Origin: an uncultured delta proteobacterium
GTDB lineage: Bacteria > Myxococcota > B64-G9
DNA length: 64,000 nucleotides
Direction of reading: 5' to 3'
Assembly: GCA_963754925.1 (NCBI GenBank)
Contig: CAVWHX010000004.1
Coordinates: 1-64,000 of the forward strand
The translations under genes and the position numbers were made by a program. Of this stretch, positions 27,478 to 37,098 are shown one piece after another; position 1 is the first letter of the stretch; the number at the start of each line of letters is the position of its first letter. Under the pieces are notes generated by a model, which saw nothing but the letters and a program-made list of their open reading frames with translations, was not told the origin of the DNA and searched no databases.

Positions 27478-30258
27478 ATGACTCAACAAAGCCGTAAAGA
27501 GTTAGGAAAGGTTTTTGGCGGGCTCTCCAATGCTGAGCGCCGCCACGAGTTTCTCGGCACGGTTTTTTTCTTCGCTGCCCTCATTATTGCCCTTTCACTT
27601 GCATCCTTCAACCCGGTTGATCCGGTTTTTGTCAGTCCCTGGCGCAAGTCATCAAATCTTTTCGGTTTAGTTGGAGCACACCTAGCCAACGGTCTTTTAT
27701 CATTGCTCGGCGTTGCTTCCTTTGTGTTGGTCGCAGCGCTGTTATATGCCTCGATCGCAGCGTTTAGCCGAGGCGGTGTTTTATTCAAACCACGCAAGGC
27801 GGTCGGCTACATTTTGCTCACGGTGCTCGGAACGGTCTTGTGTCATATTGTCTTTCGCGAGCACGAGCTCCTTGGCCACGCTCCCGGCGGCATCCTCGGC
27901 GAGTTGCTGGGCGGCCTGTTTTTATCATTGTTGTCCTTTGTCGGATCACTGGTAGTGGTTACGATCGGGATTATTCTCGCTTTGATCGAGGTGGTTGGGT
28001 TTAGCCCGGCAAAGGTGGCTCGCTGGAGCGGGCGCGTCTTGGCGTTCGTCGCGTCGGCGAGTTCCCGTGTGTCCCGGCAATGCTTGGGGTTGGTCGGCCG
28101 GGCGCTTCTGGCAACCGGGCGATGGTTGGGCGGCGTCCTCATGGCCGAGGCCCAAGAATTCGCCGCATCGCTGCGCGATCCGACGCCGGATCAACTGTCA
28201 GCTGAAACGGCTGCGGACGATCCCCTACGCGGCACCGGCCCGGTCGACGAGCCGCCCATAATCACTTCATATAAGAAGGGTCGGCGCGGGGATTTTCTCG
28301 TGCCTCCGGTTTCAAATCCCCCTTCCTCGACTCCTCCTGAACGGGAACGTCGCGAACCGGTGGTGGTGACGTCCGAACCATCGCTTCCCTCCCTGGCGCC
28401 GCCCGCCGAGGCAGAGAACGACCCCGAACGAACAGCGAAGCGATCATTTAAAGATATCCGCCGGGATCACGAGCCTGAGATCATTATTCCGCGCCTTGAG
28501 AAAAAAGAGGAGCGCGAGCATACCAGACCGCCTAAAGACGATTATCAAGAACCCCAAAGCTATAAGGACTATCACCTGCCGAAGATCGAACTGCTTCATT
28601 ACGAAGAGCAACCCCAGGCGGTTATCGACGAGGAAACGCTTCGTGAGTATGCCCGCCGGCTCGAAGGAAAGTTGGCCGACTATGGCATCCAGGGCCAGGT
28701 GACCAAGATCATGCCAGGTCCGGTGGTGACGATGTACGAGTACGCCCCGGGTCCGGGCATCAAGGTAAGCCGGATCAGCGGGCTCTCCAACGATCTCGCC
28801 TTGGCGTTGGAGGCCATGAGCGTGCGCATTGTGGCGCCCATTCCCGGGCGCGCGGTGGTGGGCATCGAGGTCTCGAACAAAGAGCGCCAGACGGTGTTCG
28901 CCAAAGAGATTCTCGGCCATTCGCTATTCCAGCGGAGCCGCTCGAAACTGACCATGGCCTTCGGCAAGACCATCGAGGGCGCGCCCTATGTCGCCGACCT
29001 CAATAAAATGCCCCACCTGCTCGTGGCCGGCGCGACCGGCACCGGCAAGAGCGTGGCGCTCAATACCATGATCTGCAGTATTCTTTATCGCGCCACCCCG
29101 GAAGATGTGCGTTTCATCATGGTGGATCCGAAAGTGCTCGAACTGAGCCTCTACGATGGCATCCCGCACCTGCTGTTGCCGGTCGTCACCGATCCGCGCA
29201 AAGCCCAGGCGGCCCTCTTCTGGGCGGTGAACGAAATGGATCGGCGCATCAAAATTCTGCACGGTGCCGGCGTGCGCGATTTGGATTCCTACAATAAGAA
29301 AGTCGAGCGGCAGCGGTCCGGCGCGGCGGCAAGTCTCGACCAGACGGAAGCGGCAGCCGTTGAAAAAACTGTTCAGACGAGCCTGCCGTTGCAACCAAGC
29401 CAAGAGCTTACACCGAAAAAGAAAGTGATCGTCATCGACGCCACCGAAGCGGAAACGGCGGACGCTGCCGACCCGGATACGGCCTCAGCCCCCATGCCGA
29501 GCGCCGAAGCCCCCGAGCCCGTCGTTGAGCCGTCAGAGGCGGCGAGCGAAGCCACTGCGGCAACCGCGGTCGAAAACCAGCCGGCCGCAAAGCCCGCGAA
29601 CAAACTCCCGCATGTCGTTATCGTGATCGACGAACTGGCCGATCTGATGATGACCTCTGTTCGCGAGGTCGAGACCAGTGTCGCCCGTATTGCCCAAAAG
29701 GCACGCGCTGCCGGGATACATCTGATCATCGCCACGCAGCGGCCCTCGGTAAATGTAGTCACCGGCCTGATCAAGGCCAACCTGCCGGCGCGCATTTCCT
29801 TCCGGGTGGCTTCGAAAATCGATTCGCGCACCATTCTCGACGCCAATGGGGCCGACAGCTTACTCGGCAACGGCGACATGCTCTTCCACCCGCCGACCAC
29901 TTCTGAATTGATTCGCATCCACGGCGCCTTGATTACCGAGGAGGAGATACGCAGGGTGGTTGATCATCTTAAGGCCCAGGCCAAGCCGATCTATGACGAG
30001 AGTATTCTCGCTTCGGCCGAGCAGTCGGAAGAAGGCGCTGAAGAAGAGATCGATGAATTCGAGGATGAGCTATACGATCTGGCAGTGCAGATCGTGGGCG
30101 AGTTAGGCCAAGCTTCCACCTCGATGGTGCAACGCAAGTTGCGCATTGGCTACAATCGCGCCGCCCGGCTGGTCGAACGCATGGAGCACGAAGGCATCGT
30201 CGGCCCGGCCGACGGCTCCAAGCCGCGCGAAGTGTTGATCTACAATCACCAACCTTGA
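27478..30258 (+). CDS. ftsK: DNA translocase FtsK
   Basis: N-terminal TMs, MPHLLVAGATGTGKSV, IDELADLMM, gamma domain QRKLRIGYNRAARL. Confidence 0.97.
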   Translation: MTQQSRKELGKVFGGLSNAERRHEFLGTVFFFAALIIALSLASFNPVDPVFVSPWRKSSNLFGLVGAHLANGLLSLLGVASFVLVAALLYASIAAFSRGGVLFKPRKAVGYILLTVLGTVLCHIVFREHELLGHAPGGILGELLGGLFLSLLSFVGSLVVVTIGIILALIEVVGFSPAKVARWSGRVLAFVASASSRVSRQCLGLVGRALLATGRWLGGVLMAEAQEFAASLRDPTPDQLSAETAADDPLRGTGPVDEPPIITSYKKGRRGDFLVPPVSNPPSSTPPERERREPVVVTSEPSLPSLAPPAEAENDPERTAKRSFKDIRRDHEPEIIIPRLEKKEEREHTRPPKDDYQEPQSYKDYHLPKIELLHYEEQPQAVIDEETLREYARRLEGKLADYGIQGQVTKIMPGPVVTMYEYAPGPGIKVSRISGLSNDLALALEAMSVRIVAPIPGRAVVGIEVSNKERQTVFAKEILGHSLFQRSRSKLTMAFGKTIEGAPYVADLNKMPHLLVAGATGTGKSVALNTMICSILYRATPEDVRFIMVDPKVLELSLYDGIPHLLLPVVTDPRKAQAALFWAVNEMDRRIKILHGAGVRDLDSYNKKVERQRSGAAASLDQTEAAAVEKTVQTSLPLQPSQELTPKKKVIVIDATEAETADAADPDTASAPMPSAEAPEPVVEPSEAASEATAATAVENQPAAKPANKLPHVVIVIDELADLMMTSVREVETSVARIAQKARAAGIHLIIATQRPSVNVVTGLIKANLPARISFRVASKIDSRTILDANGADSLLGNGDMLFHPPTTSELIRIHGALITEEEIRRVVDHLKAQAKPIYDESILASAEQSEEGAEEEIDEFEDELYDLAVQIVGELGQASTSMVQRKLRIGYNRAARLVERMEHEGIVGPADGSKPREVLIYNHQP

Positions 30259-30272
30259 CTCTAAGGTGCGCG

Positions 30273-30353
30273 CCGGGTCCTGCCGCCTCACATCCCCCGG
30301 CGGTGCTCGCTCATGCTCCGCGCCGGCGGGGGGCCCCCTGCTCGGCGTCACCC
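30273..30353. repeat. Dispersed repeat copy 2, without the 15-bp unit
   Basis: CCGGGTCCTG...CATCCCCCGGCGGTGCTC...GCCGGCGGGGGGCCCCCTGCTCGGCGTCACCC. Confidence 0.8.
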
Positions 30354-30424
30354 AGCGCGTCAATCTTTCCCCAAAACTTGAACACCCGTTGACAAGCGTA
30401 GCAGCCGTGGTACTGTGCGAACCC

Positions 30425-31657
30425 ATGGAAAATGTGTACCCCATCCTCAAAGAACGCGGCTTCGTCTCGCAGGTAACCGACGAACTCGAGTTGCAGCGGC
30501 TCTTTGGCGCAGGTACGGTCACCGGCTACATCGGTTTTGATCCGACCGCCCCCAGTTTACACGCCGGCTCGCTGCTGCCACTGATGGCGCTTGCCCATCT
30601 TCAGCGCGCCGGTCACCGGCCGATTGCGGTTCTGGGCGCTGGCACGGCCATGGTCGGCGATCCCTCGGGCAAGACCGAAATGCGCAGCATGCTCGGAATC
30701 GAGGAAATCCGACGCAATGGCGAGGCGATAAAAACCCAAATGAGCCGATTTATCGATCTCGCGTCGGGTACCGCGTTGATGGTCGACAACGCCGACTGGT
30801 TGCTGCCGCTCAAGTATATCGAGTTTCTCCGCGACATCGGTCGGCACTTTAGCGTCAACCGCATGCTCACGCACGAGAGCTACAAGATCCGGCTCGAAAA
30901 AGGTCTGTCGTTTTTAGAATTCAACTATCAACTCTTGCAGGCCTACGATTTTCTCGAGCTCTTCCGCCGTCACGGCTGCGTGTTGCAGCTCGGCGGAGAC
31001 GACCAATGGGGTAACATCGTGGCAGGGATCGATCTCATCCGCCGCTTGCACAGCGCAACCGCCTATGGCCTCACGTTTTCCCTGCTCGCCACTGCCAACG
31101 GCGAGAAAATGGGGAAAACAGCGCGAGGGTCCGTCTGGCTGGACGGCGGCCGCACCTCCCCGTATGACTTTTACCAGTACTTTCGAAACACCGACGACCG
31201 CGATGTCGGCCGCTTCCTCGGCTTCTTCACGTTCGTGCCCATGGACGAAGTGCGTAGGCTATCGGCCCTCAAAGACACCGAGCTCAACACGGCAAAGGAG
31301 ATCTTGGCCTACGAGGTCACCAACATTGTTCACGGCGAGGACGCCGCCAGCGAAGCGCGCCGGGCGGCCAAAAGCGCCTTCGGCGGCCAGGACGAAGGCG
31401 CCGAAGGCATTCCCACCACCGAGCTTTCCCGCGACCGCGTACGGGCCGGCGTACTGGTCGTAGATTTGTTGGCCGAGGTGGGCCTCTGCAAATCAAAGAG
31501 CGACGCCCGGCGGCTCGTTCAACAGGGTGGAGCGCGGGTTGGGGAACAGACCATCGCTCACATCGAGCACAAAATCACTGAAGCCGACCTGCGGTCAGGC
31601 TCGGTGCTGTTGCGCGCCGGCAAGAAGAAGTTCAGACGCCTCGTTATCTCTCGGTAG
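30425..31657 (+). CDS. tyrS: Tyrosine--tRNA ligase
   Basis: YIGFDPTAPSLHAGS, QLGGDDQWGNI, KMGKT, S4 domain; start taken at MENVYP. Confidence 0.97.
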   Translation: MENVYPILKERGFVSQVTDELELQRLFGAGTVTGYIGFDPTAPSLHAGSLLPLMALAHLQRAGHRPIAVLGAGTAMVGDPSGKTEMRSMLGIEEIRRNGEAIKTQMSRFIDLASGTALMVDNADWLLPLKYIEFLRDIGRHFSVNRMLTHESYKIRLEKGLSFLEFNYQLLQAYDFLELFRRHGCVLQLGGDDQWGNIVAGIDLIRRLHSATAYGLTFSLLATANGEKMGKTARGSVWLDGGRTSPYDFYQYFRNTDDRDVGRFLGFFTFVPMDEVRRLSALKDTELNTAKEILAYEVTNIVHGEDAASEARRAAKSAFGGQDEGAEGIPTTELSRDRVRAGVLVVDLLAEVGLCKSKSDARRLVQQGGARVGEQTIAHIEHKITEADLRSGSVLLRAGKKKFRRLVISR

Positions 31658-31685
31658 TAAAGGCGGGTTTCAAACCCGCCCCTAC
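31657..31685 (-). repeat. GTAG-type REP palindrome between convergent genes
   Basis: Minus strand GTAGGGGCGGGTTTGAAACCCGCCTTTAC. Confidence 0.85.
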
Positions 31686-31686
31686 C

Positions 31687-32211
31687 CTATAATTGATATG
31701 CCTGCTTAAGAGCAGCGTAGAACCCTTCCGGGTAGTAAAACAAGAACTCGATTTCGCCGAAGCCGAGCACATCGGAGTCGTGCAACGAGGTATACCGCCC
31801 CGGTACCAACACCGAGCGATTGATCCAGGTGCCGTTGGTCGATTCGAGATCCTGTAACGTACACTGACCAGTGTGCTCGTCGATTTGTATGACGGCGTGA
31901 TGCGCCGAGATGGTCTCATCAACCAGCACGATATCATTTTCTTCGGCGCGGCCGATTTTTATTTCCCCCGGCGTTCTTGAGTGAACCTGGCGTATTTCGA
32001 AGACCGTGGCCTGGTGATTGAGCGGGTTCGCAATCCGCTCGCCGGTTGAACCCGCATCTTTGTGAATGAAGAACGTGCGCGCCATTTGAAATGATTCCTC
32101 ATCGAGATTACCGAGCGCGACGAGCACCGGCGCTTTGAATTGAGCGCAGAACGTATCGCGGTCCATCTTTGAGGCGGCACTAATATAGTCTTGCAGCAGC
32201 GGCTCAAACAT
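31687..32211 (-). CDS. FHA domain protein
   Basis: IGRAEENDI, ISAHHA, DLESTNGTWIN. Confidence 0.9.
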   Translation of the reverse strand: MFEPLLQDYISAASKMDRDTFCAQFKAPVLVALGNLDEESFQMARTFFIHKDAGSTGERIANPLNHQATVFEIRQVHSRTPGEIKIGRAEENDIVLVDETISAHHAVIQIDEHTGQCTLQDLESTNGTWINRSVLVPGRYTSLHDSDVLGFGEIEFLFYYPEGFYAALKQAYQL

Positions 32212-32339
32212 TGGCGCGTGACTCCCTCGCGAAAAAGGATATACCTTTTAAGAAAATACCGAGTTAAGAAAATACCGATATATGTCCGCGACGTCAACTC
32301 TTGACACATATGCGTTCGTGTGATTTGTTCCGCTTCCGC

Positions 32340-32502
32340 GTGGCAAGGTGACAGGGAAGCCGGTGAGAGTCCGGCGCGGTGCCGCCACTGTAAACGGGAA
32401 GTGCCTGCCTGGAAGACCACTTGGCCCTCTCGGCCGGGGAAGGTTGGTAGGCGCGTTGGGAAGTGCTTTTGACCCAATACCCGTGAGCCAGGAAACCTGC
32501 CT
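32340..32502 (+). ncRNA. Cobalamin riboswitch
   Basis: AGGGAAGCCGGTGAGAGTCCGGCGCGGTGCCGCCACTGT...GGGAAG...GAGCCAGGAAACCTGCC (B12 box), upstream of a TonB-dependent receptor; a downstream stem covers the SD. Confidence 0.95.
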
Positions 32503-32547
32503 TACCCATTGGCACTCGTTGCCCTTCGAGCGAAAGAGGCAGGTGCA

Positions 32548-34527
32548 ATGCTTAATCCACCCTCCCATCCCTATTTCGTCCGGGGTGGGTTTTTTATTAT
32601 ACCCGCCTTCGCGTTGTTTCTATCTATTGGCCCCTGGCCGTTTTTAAACGGATTTGCGCGCGCCGATCAACCGGATAATGAGACGGTTAATTCGACCGAT
32701 TCAGAAATCGTTGTGGTTCGAGCCTCCAGAATAGAAGTCGCAGACGATCCCACGGCTGCCGTCACGAAAGTGGATGCAAAGCAATTTGGCGGTGAGGCCA
32801 AGACCGTTGCCGAATTGATATCGACTGCGCCGGGCGTGGCGGTCAACAACTACGGCGGGCTTGGGCAGCTCGCCACGGTTTCGATTCGGGGCTCAACGGC
32901 AGACCAGGTTTTGGTTTTGCTCGACGGCGTGCCCCTCAACACGGCGGCCGGTGGCGGTGTGGATTTATCACGCATTCCGCGCGCATGGATCGAGCGTATC
33001 GAGGTGGTCCGCGGCGCCGAAGGGGCGCTCTACGGCTCCGGAGCTCTCGGCGGCGTGGTGAACATCATCACCCGCAAGGCCGCTGCCGGGACATGGTCGT
33101 CCGAGTCTACGGTCGGCTCATTCAACACCCTCGGCGAAGCGGTCGACGCAGCCTTGGGCGGCGAGCACTGGGGATTGTTTTCCGCTGCCATGGTCGACTC
33201 AACCAAGGGCGACTTTCCCTATTTTTTCGACCCGACGCCCATCATTCCCGGCAGTCCGTTGGCGAGCCGCATTCGCGTGAACAACGCGTCGTTTGCCGCC
33301 GGTGGCCTGGCCAAGCTGTGGGCAGACGTTGGCGCTGGCCGACTGGATTCCGTGGTGCAGGTCTCGGGAGGCTCGCGCGGCCTGCCGGGCACGGCTTACC
33401 AACTGACGCCTCACGATGGTCAACATGATTTTCGCCTCAGCCTGGCATCGAGCTATTCCCAGTGCTTTTCCGACAGCCTCGCGATCCGTGTTCGTGCCCA
33501 AGGCCTGGACGACCAGCTCGACGTGACGATCGCACCTCAGCCTGAATCATCGCAGCGGGATCTCAAGGGCGGCGTCTCAGCCTCCCTGCTTTGGACAAAA
33601 GGCCCGAGCACACTCAACGTTACGATCGGCGGCAGCGAAGAGCGTCTCGACGTCGTGGATGCTTTTTCGCACGAGCGTGCGGGTCTGGCCCTGGGTGTCT
33701 CGGATGATTTGTCTCTGTTTGAGCGGCTGCGTCTTGGATCGGCGCTCCGCTGGGAATCTCAGGGCCCGTTCAGCGGCTGGTCGGCGAAGCTCGGCGGAAC
33801 TCTCGGCGTCGTCGGTCCGCTGTCGGCGCGTGCGAGCGCAGGACGGACCTTCCGGGCTCCCAGCGTTGACGAGCTGTATCTTCGCCAGGGCCTGTTGGAT
33901 CCCAACCCGACTCTGGTGCCTGAAAGCGCGTGGTCATTTGACGCTGGGGTGGTGGCGGAAGGTTGGGCGGGTCTCGCCAGTGTCACGGGTTTCATGCAGC
34001 TCTATGAGGACATCATCGTCTACGAGCCTGACTCGTTTCAGCGCCTCAAACCTTTCAACGACGCGAGGGCAGTCACCCGTGGCATCGAGGCGGAAGTTGC
34101 CACGGTGCCGTTCGGCCCGGCAGGGTTGACGGCAAGCGCCGCCTACACCTTCTTGGATTCCGAAACGCTCGAGGGCGAGCCGGCCGTGTTGGGCAAAACC
34201 CTTCCGCACCGGGCTCGACATCGTCTGTTCGCGCGCGTCGGGGCAAGCTACGATATCATCGGGGCCCATGCGGAGGTTCACTACCTCTCCCAGCAGTTCC
34301 AGGATCTCTTAAACACTCCCGCGTTCACCATTCCACCCGTTCTCACCGTCAATGCAGGCATTTCGGTGCGTTTGTGGCGGCACCCCGAGATCAAGCTCAA
34401 TCTCGAAGCTCGCAACCTTCTCGATCAACGAATCGTCAACGGGCGTCCGCTCCAAGACGGTTTCGGCAACCCCCTACCTGGCCGCATGGTGATGGTCGTC
34501 GTGCGCGTCTCAGAAAGAAAGGATTGA
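32548..34527 (+). CDS. btuB: TonB-dependent receptor, probable cobalamin transporter
   Basis: Plug domain (SIRGS..QVLVLLDGVP, IERIEVVRG...YGSGALGGVVNIIT) and barrel; riboswitch upstream. Confidence 0.85.
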   Translation: MLNPPSHPYFVRGGFFIIPAFALFLSIGPWPFLNGFARADQPDNETVNSTDSEIVVVRASRIEVADDPTAAVTKVDAKQFGGEAKTVAELISTAPGVAVNNYGGLGQLATVSIRGSTADQVLVLLDGVPLNTAAGGGVDLSRIPRAWIERIEVVRGAEGALYGSGALGGVVNIITRKAAAGTWSSESTVGSFNTLGEAVDAALGGEHWGLFSAAMVDSTKGDFPYFFDPTPIIPGSPLASRIRVNNASFAAGGLAKLWADVGAGRLDSVVQVSGGSRGLPGTAYQLTPHDGQHDFRLSLASSYSQCFSDSLAIRVRAQGLDDQLDVTIAPQPESSQRDLKGGVSASLLWTKGPSTLNVTIGGSEERLDVVDAFSHERAGLALGVSDDLSLFERLRLGSALRWESQGPFSGWSAKLGGTLGVVGPLSARASAGRTFRAPSVDELYLRQGLLDPNPTLVPESAWSFDAGVVAEGWAGLASVTGFMQLYEDIIVYEPDSFQRLKPFNDARAVTRGIEAEVATVPFGPAGLTASAAYTFLDSETLEGEPAVLGKTLPHRARHRLFARVGASYDIIGAHAEVHYLSQQFQDLLNTPAFTIPPVLTVNAGISVRLWRHPEIKLNLEARNLLDQRIVNGRPLQDGFGNPLPGRMVMVVVRVSERKD

Positions 34528-34532
34528 AAGCT

Positions 34533-35774
34533 ATGAACCCCAGAAAGCTTCTCCAAGGTCTCCTCGTCGCTGCGATTACGGCGACCGGCTGCGGCAAAAC
34601 GACCACCTGTCCCGTCGACGAGACGGCCATCGACGACCAATGCTATGCATTACAGACCGACCCCTTCAACTGCGGCTCAAAAGGGAACGCCTGCGCCGCT
34701 AATCAGGGCTGTTCCGTTGGAAATTGCGTGGATTGCACGACCGCCGGCGCCGCCTGCACCTCCGTCATCGCCGTTGCTTGCTATAACCTGAACGAGGTAC
34801 GGCCCTTGGCGGCAAACCTGGCGCAGTCTACCGCCCCGATTTCGACCGACAATGGACCGATCAGTCTGGCTTGGCTGGGCAGCAGCCTGTACGTGGGGAA
34901 CAACGCGACGAGCGACATTTCGCCGGTTACCTTGTCGCCTCCGTCAGTGGGCGCAGCGATAGCGATCAGCCCGAATACTTACGCGCTAACGAACATCAGC
35001 GGCAACGGTAAATACCTCTGGGCTTCTGACTATTATGAGAGCTCGGTGGTGATTGTCGATCCGACGCAGACCGTGCCTGTTCAGGCGCTTCCCCTGGCGA
35101 CTTCCGCGTCGGATTACCCGAATCCTTACGGAATCGCCTTCGTCGGCGCCAAGGCGTACGTGGCGCTCAACGGAGACAATGCGCTCGCGGTGCTCGACAT
35201 CACGACCGTGCCCGGCGTCACGGTGTCCAAGCGCATCGACCTGTCGGCGCTCGCGGGGACCGGCGCCGCGGCCATGCCTTCCGGCGTGGCGGCGTCGGGA
35301 ACGACCGTCTACGTAACACTTTGGGAGCTCAACGCAACGACCTACGAGCCCGTACCGGGAGTCAACGGACGCCTGGCAGTGGTGGATTCGACGACGGACA
35401 CAGTAGTCGGCGAGGCCGTTGACCTCGGATCGGACTGCCTTAATCCGAGTGGTATAGTAATCGATGGCACCACACTATGGGTGGCATGCGGCTTTTTTGA
35501 TCACACGACTAAAGCTATCTCCGGTGGCGCCCTGCTTCCAGTCGACATCAGTAAAACACCTCCTTCCGTGGGCACACCGATCACGCTTTCCAACGCCGCC
35601 ACATCCATCGTGATCTGCAACGGCCAGGGCTTTGCTGGCGCCGCGGACAGTGGCACGGTGATCGCGTTCGATCCGGTTGCGAAAAAAGTCACAAACACGG
35701 CGCTCGCCTGTCCGTCGCAACCGGGCAAGGCCAGTTATGTTCCGGCGATTGCGTGCGCGTCTAATCCAGGCTGA
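34533..35774 (+). CDS. Lipoprotein with a Cys-rich N-terminal domain and YncE-like beta-propeller
   Basis: ATGC lipobox, TDPFNCG..GNAC...C..GNC segment, repeated P..I/L...G..L/AYV blades. Confidence 0.75.
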   Translation: MNPRKLLQGLLVAAITATGCGKTTTCPVDETAIDDQCYALQTDPFNCGSKGNACAANQGCSVGNCVDCTTAGAACTSVIAVACYNLNEVRPLAANLAQSTAPISTDNGPISLAWLGSSLYVGNNATSDISPVTLSPPSVGAAIAISPNTYALTNISGNGKYLWASDYYESSVVIVDPTQTVPVQALPLATSASDYPNPYGIAFVGAKAYVALNGDNALAVLDITTVPGVTVSKRIDLSALAGTGAAAMPSGVAASGTTVYVTLWELNATTYEPVPGVNGRLAVVDSTTDTVVGEAVDLGSDCLNPSGIVIDGTTLWVACGFFDHTTKAISGGALLPVDISKTPPSVGTPITLSNAATSIVICNGQGFAGAADSGTVIAFDPVAKKVTNTALACPSQPGKASYVPAIACASNPG

Positions 35775-35799
35775 GTACCGCAGAGCAACGATTTAGGAT

Positions 35800-36048
35800 A
35801 TGCCAATCCGCAGGGGGTCGCAGTGGTTGAATGTACCGCCTTTGGAGCCAGTTGAGCTCTGCCCAGCCAACCCCGGGAAAAAAATCCTCGACTTTATCAG
35901 CGACGTGACTTCAGATGAACAGGGAATGATCTTTGCCGCATGCTTCGCGACAGATATCGTGCATATCTTCAACAGCAGCGGATGCATGTGCGACCAAATA
36001 GCAGCTGAAGTCGGCGATGGTCCTCAACGTCTTTTGGTGTTACCGTAA
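35800..36048 (+). pseudogene. Short ORF resembling the C-terminal blades of a beta-propeller protein
   Basis: Ends IFAACFATDIVHIF...VGDGPQRLLVLP; its stop overlaps the btuF start; no signal peptide. Confidence 0.4.
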
Positions 36049-36923
36049 TGAATGCACCTATCCTCGCATTGCTGCTCCTGATAGCAGGTTCAACCGAGTC
36101 GGAGCAGCCATATTACCTTGGCAACGCTGAGCCGAAAAATGGCGTCCCGCGTGTGGTGTCGCTTGCGCCGAACGTAACCGAGATTCTCTTCGCTTTGAAT
36201 TTGGGTGATCGCGTGGTCGGGGTGACTCGTTTTGACGATTTTCCGCCTGCGGTAAAAAAATTACCCATCGTTGGCGGGTACATCGATCCCAGTGTCGAGG
36301 CCATCGCGGCGCTTGCCCCTAACCTGGTTATCTGCGTCCCCAATCCCGGAGGCCGCGATCGTATGGAAGTACTGACGCGTCTGGGCATTCCGGTATTGGT
36401 GATGCCGGAGCAACACCTGCAGGATATCTTTGTGAATATAAAATTTCTGGGGAATCTTTTTGAAAGGACGCCTGCAGCCGAGACGCTCACCAACAGGATC
36501 AAGCAGCGCCTCCAAATAGTAACGGCGGCGGTTAAGAACCTGAAAGCCCCGCGGGTGCTTTTGGTTTACGGTCACAAACCGCTTATCGCCGCCGGGCCGG
36601 GAACTTTCGGCGATGAAATGCTGCATATGGCTAACGGCAAGAATGTCGTGGGCGATTCCGTAGTACGCTTTCCGAGTCTGCCCATGGAAGAGGTCATCCG
36701 GCTTGCGCCCGACGTGATCATCGATGCATCCATGAGCGGAAGCGGCGCCGAGGTAACCGCACCTGAGGCCACGGAATTCTGGAATACCTGGCAGGTGCTC
36801 CCGGCCGTAAAAAATCACCGTTTATACATCTTTGACTCGGCCCTATGGTTTCGTCCTGGACCCCGTATCGCCGAAGGAATCGAACAGCTCGCTCGCCTCC
36901 TTCATCCAACCGTAGTTTTTTAA
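36048..36923 (+). CDS. btuF: Cobalamin-binding periplasmic protein
   Basis: RVVSLAPNVTEILFAL..GDRVVGV, RPGPRI; genomic context. Confidence 0.82.
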   Translation: MNAPILALLLLIAGSTESEQPYYLGNAEPKNGVPRVVSLAPNVTEILFALNLGDRVVGVTRFDDFPPAVKKLPIVGGYIDPSVEAIAALAPNLVICVPNPGGRDRMEVLTRLGIPVLVMPEQHLQDIFVNIKFLGNLFERTPAAETLTNRIKQRLQIVTAAVKNLKAPRVLLVYGHKPLIAAGPGTFGDEMLHMANGKNVVGDSVVRFPSLPMEEVIRLAPDVIIDASMSGSGAEVTAPEATEFWNTWQVLPAVKNHRLYIFDSALWFRPGPRIAEGIEQLARLLHPTVVF

Positions 36924-37098
36924 ACTGAAATTGAGCGCAATTCGAAGAAGTATCGATATATTATATCTCCTCGCCTTTTTTGACGAAAAACCAAAAAAGC
37001 GCTATTATATTTATTTGGGGGACATGAACATACCTGTTGAACCATTTATGGAAAATTAAATAAATAGCGTTTTTATCTTTTGAATAAGGAGGACCCGT

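Noticed and set aside
30266..30424. N-terminal extension of tyrS, or a T-box leader
   Set aside because: The region consists of the dispersed repeat plus a promoter; there is no T-box motif and TyrS homology starts at 30425.
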